The notes beneath the pieces are model-generated. The model had not been told where the DNA came from and did not search any database. It saw only the letters and a list, made by a program, of their open reading frames with translations. From NCBI GenBank assembly GCA_016234555.1, contig JACRBJ010000018.1, positions 18,912 to 82,911 on the forward strand: a stretch of 64,000 nt of DNA. Direction: 5' to 3'. The position numbers were made by a program, and so were the translations under genes. The DNA comes from Chloroflexota bacterium. Its GTDB lineage: Bacteria > Chloroflexota > Anaerolineae > Anaerolineales > Villigracilaceae. The stretch's first letter is position 1, and every line of letters starts with the position of its first letter. Of the stretch, positions 58,833 through 64,000 are shown one piece after another.

Positions 58833-59860
58833 ACGCGAATCAATCAAGACAGCGCCTGCTCTTGACCCTATTAAAAAACACCCCCACTATTTTGTTCGTG
58901 GTTATTTTTGTTGTGTTCAGCCTGCTGGATCAACGCTTCTTCACCTGGACCAATTTCGAGAACATCATCTCATCCTCGGCTTTTGTCGGCATCCTGGCCG
59001 TTGGCATGACATTCGTCTTGCTGACCGGCGGCATCGACCTGTCGGTTGGCGCGAACATGTATATCTCCGGCGGAATTCTGGCGATCATGCTGGAACAAGG
59101 ATACCCGCTGTGGATATCGATTCTCGTTTGCCTGTTTTGCGGGACTCTGCTCGGGTTGTTCAACGCATTCCTGATCAGCAAGGTGAAGATCATTCCCTTT
59201 ATGGCTACGCTTGGCACACTCACTGCCGGGCGAGGATTGGCGCTTTTGATCACCGAGTCGCGCGCAATCAATGTAACCAAGGAAATGCCTTTTGCGGCGG
59301 CGCGTTTACTGGGTATTCCCCTGCCAATTGTTGTTTTTCTGGCTGTGATTTTTGTGGCATTTATTGTGCTAAACCATACCTCGCCCGGACGCCAGCTCTA
59401 TGCCATGGGCAACGATCCTGAAGCTGCAAAAAAAGCCGGGTTGAATGTCACCCGTTTGACCATGTTTGCCTATATCGTCTGCGGATTTTGCGCGGCTCTG
59501 GCGACAGTTATTGCCCTCAGCCAGCAAGGCAGGCTTTCAGCCTCCTTTGGCGAAGGGGTTGAGTTCCGCGCCATCGCTGCGGCTGTTTTGGGAGGCGCCA
59601 GTCTCTTTGGCGGAGTGGGCGCTGTTTTCCCCGGCACACTCATTGGAACCTTGCTCGTGCAAATGATCAGCACCGGATTGGTCTACCTTCAGGTGGATTT
59701 ATATTTACAGGAGATGATCTCGCCGCTTGTAATTTTCTTTGCCGTTTTTGTAGACGCCCAACGCATGAGCCTGATCAAACGCCTGGAGCGTCGCAACATC
59801 CGCGTGGAGAAAACTGCCGGGCAGGCGCTCGCTGAGAAAAAAGCCCTAACCACCCTTTAA
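58829..59860 (+). CDS. Second sugar ABC transporter permease
   Basis: TGGIDLSVG, PFMATLG, GRQLYAMG, AVLGGASLFGGVG. Confidence 0.92.
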   Translation: MNANQSRQRLLLTLLKNTPTILFVVIFVVFSLLDQRFFTWTNFENIISSSAFVGILAVGMTFVLLTGGIDLSVGANMYISGGILAIMLEQGYPLWISILVCLFCGTLLGLFNAFLISKVKIIPFMATLGTLTAGRGLALLITESRAINVTKEMPFAAARLLGIPLPIVVFLAVIFVAFIVLNHTSPGRQLYAMGNDPEAAKKAGLNVTRLTMFAYIVCGFCAALATVIALSQQGRLSASFGEGVEFRAIAAAVLGGASLFGGVGAVFPGTLIGTLLVQMISTGLVYLQVDLYLQEMISPLVIFFAVFVDAQRMSLIKRLERRNIRVEKTAGQALAEKKALTTL

Positions 59861-59867
59861 TTCCATC

Positions 59868-60506
59868 ATGGGTAGTTTTCGAATCCTTTGTTATGGCGAT
59901 TCAAATACCTGGGGCTATATTCCCCAGACCGCAGATCGCTATCCACGTGCGGTGCGCTGGACAGGAGTCATGGCAGGAAGGCTTGGCAATCGATTTGATG
60001 TGATCGAGGAAGGGCAGAATGGGCGTACCACCGTTTGGGATGACCCTTTGGAAGGCGACAAGAACGGATTGCGCTATTTGCCCGCCTGTCTCGAAAGCCA
60101 CAAACCGCTCGACCTTGTGATTCTGATGTTGGGGACGAATGACCTCAAGGCGCGTTTTTCACTCACCACCCTGGATATTTCTTTTGGGGTGGAACGCCTG
60201 GCGCAGGTCATCTTGCAGTCTGGTTGTGGAACAGGCAGCCGTGCCCCTGCCATCCTGCTGGCTGCCCCGCCGCCCGTGTTGCCTCAGGGTGACCTCGCAG
60301 AAATGTTCCTCGGAGCGCGGGAAAAATCCATGCAACTGGCAGGGCGTTTTGCCGCGGTTGCGCAACGCTGCGGCTGCGCCTTTCTGGATGTCAGCCAGGT
60401 AATTTCCGTTGACCCCGCAGACGGGATTCATTACAGTCCACAGGCACACAACAAATTAGGGAATGCAATGGCAGATTGTGTGCATTCGATTCTTTCCACA
60501 AAATAG
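59868..60506 (+). CDS. SGNH/GDSL esterase
   Basis: CYGDSNTWG, EEGQNGRTT, MLGTND, DGIH. Confidence 0.92.
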   Translation: MGSFRILCYGDSNTWGYIPQTADRYPRAVRWTGVMAGRLGNRFDVIEEGQNGRTTVWDDPLEGDKNGLRYLPACLESHKPLDLVILMLGTNDLKARFSLTTLDISFGVERLAQVILQSGCGTGSRAPAILLAAPPPVLPQGDLAEMFLGAREKSMQLAGRFAAVAQRCGCAFLDVSQVISVDPADGIHYSPQAHNKLGNAMADCVHSILSTK

Positions 60507-60515
60507 AGGAACATT

Positions 60516-62024
60516 ATGACGAGTTTGCTTGGTTTGGATATTGGAACCACCGGTTGCAAAGCCATCCTCTTCGACTCAGACGGAACATTGCTTGCCAAAG
60601 CTTCACGCGAATACACAGTTGATTTTCCCCACCCGCTTTGGGCGGAGCAGGATTTGGAAAACGTCTGGCGGCTGGCACAGGAATCCATCCGCGAAGCAAT
60701 TGCCGTTGCCAACGTCACTGAGATTGCCGCCATCGGACTCTCGGTACACGGTGAAGCAGTTACTCCGGTTGATAAAAACGGTCACCCCCTGCGTCCCACC
60801 ATCCTCGGCATGGACTCGCGCACTGGTTCGCAAAACGACTGGCTGCGCGAACGGTTCGGCGGCGAAGCCCTATTCCAGCGCACTGGCATGGTCATCCATA
60901 CAGTAAACACTCTCCCAAAACTGCTTTGGCTCAAAGAGAACGAACCAGAAATCTGGAAGTCCGCCGACAAGTTCCTGCTGGTCGAAGATTTCCTGATCCA
61001 AAAAATGACCGGACGGGCGGTCATCAGCCAGTGCCTTGCCTCCCGCACACAAATGTTCAATTTGAATCAGGGGAAATGGGACGACGGGATTCTTGAAGCT
61101 CTCGGATTGGATTCTGCTCGACTGAGTCTGGTCCAACCTTCAGGGACTGCGGTTGGGACTCTCAGCCCGCAGTTGGTTGCCGACTTCGGGTTGATTCATC
61201 CTCCACGCGTCGTCACCGGCGGACACGATCAGGCTTGCGGTGCGTATGGCGCAGGGCTGACCTCCCCCGGCCTGGCGTCAGTTTCCACTGGAACCGCCGA
61301 GGTGGTTGAAGTGGCGCTGCCCAGCCCCGTCGTCAGCCAGCCGTTGTATGAAGGCGACATTTCAGTTTACAACCATGTTGTCCCTGGTCTCTTTTTGGCG
61401 ATGACTCTTAATCATAGCGGCGGCATGTCCCTGCGCTGGTTTCGCGATGGATTCTGCGAGCCGCAGATGCTTCAATCTGCTCAAGCCAACACTGACGCTT
61501 ATGACCTGATGTTAGCGGGCGCTTCCACCGAACCAAGCGGGTTGCTTGTCATGCCGCATTTTTCCGGGCGCGGCACGCCAACCTTCGACACTGCCTCAAA
61601 AGCCGCCATCCTTGGCTTGACCTTTGCCACCACCCGCACCGACCTTGCCAAAGCCATCCTCGAAGGCTTGACCTATGAATTGCGCCTGAACCTCGATTTG
61701 CTCAAAGCGGGCGGCGTACAGATTGATGTGCTGCGCGCCATCGGCGGTGGAGCCAAATCGAAGTTTTGGTTACAGCTCAAAGCAGATATTACAGGCATTC
61801 CGGTGGTGACTCCGAAAATCACAGAAGCCGCTGGGTTTGGCGCGGCGTTGCTGGCAGGTGTTGGCGCTGGAATTTTCCCGTCTGTTGCCGAAGCCGCAGG
61901 CCGCTTCCTGCAATTCACCGACGAATATTATCCAGACCCAGCGCGACACGCCGCCTACACTCGTCAGTTCGAGCTCTATCGGCAGGTGTATCCCGCCGTC
62001 GCGCCGATCACACATCGGTTATAG
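60516..62024 (+). CDS. FGGY-family carbohydrate kinase
   Basis: [40 protein letters not shown]. Confidence 0.92.
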   Translation: MTSLLGLDIGTTGCKAILFDSDGTLLAKASREYTVDFPHPLWAEQDLENVWRLAQESIREAIAVANVTEIAAIGLSVHGEAVTPVDKNGHPLRPTILGMDSRTGSQNDWLRERFGGEALFQRTGMVIHTVNTLPKLLWLKENEPEIWKSADKFLLVEDFLIQKMTGRAVISQCLASRTQMFNLNQGKWDDGILEALGLDSARLSLVQPSGTAVGTLSPQLVADFGLIHPPRVVTGGHDQACGAYGAGLTSPGLASVSTGTAEVVEVALPSPVVSQPLYEGDISVYNHVVPGLFLAMTLNHSGGMSLRWFRDGFCEPQMLQSAQANTDAYDLMLAGASTEPSGLLVMPHFSGRGTPTFDTASKAAILGLTFATTRTDLAKAILEGLTYELRLNLDLLKAGGVQIDVLRAIGGGAKSKFWLQLKADITGIPVVTPKITEAAGFGAALLAGVGAGIFPSVAEAAGRFLQFTDEYYPDPARHAAYTRQFELYRQVYPAVAPITHRL

Positions 62025-62040
62025 CATCAAGGTAATTTGT

Positions 62041-63372
62041 ATGATTCTTGAACCTATCGTGCCTGATGCGAGTGGACATTTTCTTGTCACTACAACCGGC
62101 CAACCCTTTTTCTGGCTGGCAGACACCGCCTGGGAATTGTTTCATCGTCTGAATCTCATTGAGGCAGAACACTATCTCGAAACGCGCCGCAAACAGGGAT
62201 TTAATGTTATCCAGGCGGTTATTCTGGCTGAATTGGATGGACTACACACGCCCAACGCAAATGGGCATGTCCCATTACTTGGAGATGACCCAACACGCCC
62301 AAATGAGTATTACTTTCGTTTTGTTGATGAAGTTATTCGGTTGGCCGCGGAGAAAGGACTTTATATTGGGTTATTGCCTACCTGGGCTGATAAAGTGGAT
62401 GGGAAATGGTGGGGAATAGGACCCGCTATTTTCAATCCTGAAAATGCCCGAATCTATGGAAAATTTCTCGGGCAGCGCTACCGGGATGATTCCAATATTT
62501 TGTGGATTCTAGGAGGCGACCGCTCGGCGATTGGCTACGAAGCACTCTGGGCGGCAATGGCGGAAGGGATTATGGAGGGCTTGGGACGACGTCCGTTTTT
62601 TACTTATCACCCGAGGGGAGGAAACGGTTCATCGGAATGGCTCCATGATGCCGACTGGCTGGATATGAACATGTGGCAGTCGGGACACTCTGTCCTGGAT
62701 GCGCCCAATTGGGATATGGTTGCTTCTGATTACAATCGCACTCCTGTCAAGCCGGTACTGGATAGTGAACCAAATTACGAGGATCACCCGATTGATCCTT
62801 TCACGCGTAAATGGCAGGTTGAGTTTGGGCGTTTCTCTGATTACGATGTGCGTAAACAGGCATACCGCGCCGTTTTTTCCGGGGCATGTGGACATACTTA
62901 TGGACACCATTCGGTCTGGCAGTTTTGGACCCTGCAACGGGAACCGGTCAATTTCCCCATGCCAGCCTGGGATGAAGCAATTCTGCGACCGGGCGCAGCA
63001 CAGATGGCACACCTCAAAAAACTGATGCTTTCCCGTCCATACCTAAGCCGAATCCCTGCACCTGATATGTTGCCCGATTTGCCTGAATATGATTCGGAAA
63101 ATAGCGAGACTTTCAGTGCATTGCGTGCGGCTTATCCATGCGCCACGCGTTGTGCAAATGGAATGTATGGAATGGTTTACTTTCCGCAAGCAGGGCAAAG
63201 CCTGCGAGTGGATTTGAGGCGTATTTCGGGGGAGGTCAAAGCCTGGTGGTTTGACCCACGCAATGGCAAAACGTATCCATTGGGTGATTACCCTAACGAG
63301 ATAGTTAATTTTACATCTCCCCTCGCTGGTCCAGATTGGGTATTGGGATTGGACAGCGTATCTCTTAAATAG
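62041..63372 (+). CDS. GH140-like (DUF4038, apiosidase-like) glycoside hydrolase
   Basis: [62 protein letters not shown]. Confidence 0.82.
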   Translation: MILEPIVPDASGHFLVTTTGQPFFWLADTAWELFHRLNLIEAEHYLETRRKQGFNVIQAVILAELDGLHTPNANGHVPLLGDDPTRPNEYYFRFVDEVIRLAAEKGLYIGLLPTWADKVDGKWWGIGPAIFNPENARIYGKFLGQRYRDDSNILWILGGDRSAIGYEALWAAMAEGIMEGLGRRPFFTYHPRGGNGSSEWLHDADWLDMNMWQSGHSVLDAPNWDMVASDYNRTPVKPVLDSEPNYEDHPIDPFTRKWQVEFGRFSDYDVRKQAYRAVFSGACGHTYGHHSVWQFWTLQREPVNFPMPAWDEAILRPGAAQMAHLKKLMLSRPYLSRIPAPDMLPDLPEYDSENSETFSALRAAYPCATRCANGMYGMVYFPQAGQSLRVDLRRISGEVKAWWFDPRNGKTYPLGDYPNEIVNFTSPLAGPDWVLGLDSVSLK

Positions 63373-63381
63373 GAGTATTTC

Positions 63382-64000
63382 GTGCAAACTAAAATTCATC
63401 TCACCTCTGAACAATTCACGTCTTCTGAAGTCGTCCTTGCCGAACACGGCGAACTGACCGCCAGCACTTTCCGCTACCCAGGCGGAGTCTGCGCCCTGCG
63501 CCTGAAAAACTCCCTCGGAGAGTTGGTCATGCTTCCGTATCAAGGTCAGCAGATTTGGGATGCGACCCTGCGCGGGCGGCGGCTGACGATGAAATCCATG
63601 TTCGACCAGCCGTATCCCACCCGCGACTTTCTCTCCACATATGGCGGTTTCCTCCTGCACTGTGGCGCAACAGCAATGGGATCTCCCAGTGCGGAAGATA
63701 ATCATCCTTTGCACGGCGAATTGCCCAACGCGCCATATCAATCTGCCGCGCTGGTTTTTGGCTCGGATGAAAAGGGTGAGTACATTGGATTGACAGGCGT
63801 TTATCGTCACACGGTTGCCTTCAACTATAACTATACTGCCACACCGCTGGTCAAACTCTACGAGGATTCATCTGTCTTCACGGTTTCGATGACCATCCAC
63901 AACCTGAAAGCCAGCCCCATGCCGCTGATGTTTTTGGAGCATGTCAATTTCCACCCGGTGGATGGTGGGCGGCTGGCACAGACTGTGATTTGCGACCCTG
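63382..64000 (+). CDS. DUF4432/DeoM-like mutarotase/epimerase-fold protein (partial)
   Basis: AGGAG RBS then GTG; ...FRYPGGV...LPYQGQQIWDA...MKSMF...TYGGFLLHCG...HPLHGELP; open to window end. Confidence 0.75.
   Translation, partial: MQTKIHLTSEQFTSSEVVLAEHGELTASTFRYPGGVCALRLKNSLGELVMLPYQGQQIWDATLRGRRLTMKSMFDQPYPTRDFLSTYGGFLLHCGATAMGSPSAEDNHPLHGELPNAPYQSAALVFGSDEKGEYIGLTGVYRHTVAFNYNYTATPLVKLYEDSSVFTVSMTIHNLKASPMPLMFLEHVNFHPVDGGRLAQTVICDP

Noticed and set aside
1-64000. CRISPR array, tRNA or rRNA genes
   Set aside because: No regularly spaced 25-45 bp repeats with unique spacers, no cas genes and no recognisable tRNA/rRNA sequence by eye

Overview
Bacterial window with gene content and leaderless starts suggestive of Anaerolineae (Chloroflexota); the taxonomy is an inference. 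(1) 1-18.9 kb is mostly housekeeping: gyrA-like 5' half, azlCD, tpx, galK, a Ddl-like ATP-grasp protein, a GH4 alpha-galactosidase, a TetR-controlled MacB/LolCDE-type exporter with two adaptor proteins, DUF3597 and comM/yifB. Several REP-like palindromes sit in the intergenic spaces. (2) A ~28 kb island lies between intact comM and a frameshifted ~600 bp duplicate of the comM 3' end (18251-18853 vs 46555-47158). No integrase is visible. It carries a KaiA-less kaiC-kaiB-kaiB cluster inside a long PAS/histidine kinase/GGDEF/NarL signalling operon. Next come an intact ORF that looks like the non-catalytic N-terminal half of an IS1182-type transposase and a 2472-aa secreted multicopper oxidase with phage-like repeats and 8 FN3 domains. 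These are followed by a di-heme peroxidase flanked by a duplicated small-ORF/hairpin cassette, a DUF4418-ABC module and a Cys-rich SLT-like protein. (3) 47.3-64 kb is a SorC/LsrR-regulated carbohydrate cluster of unknown substrate: SIS protein, Zn-dehydrogenase, SAF-domain oxidoreductase, fucose-isomerase-like enzyme, tandem-duplicated sugar-binding lipoprotein, ABC transporter, SGNH esterase, FGGY kinase, GH140-like glycosidase and DUF4432. No rRNA, tRNA or CRISPR array was seen. All family assignments come from motif recognition by eye; no database searches were run.
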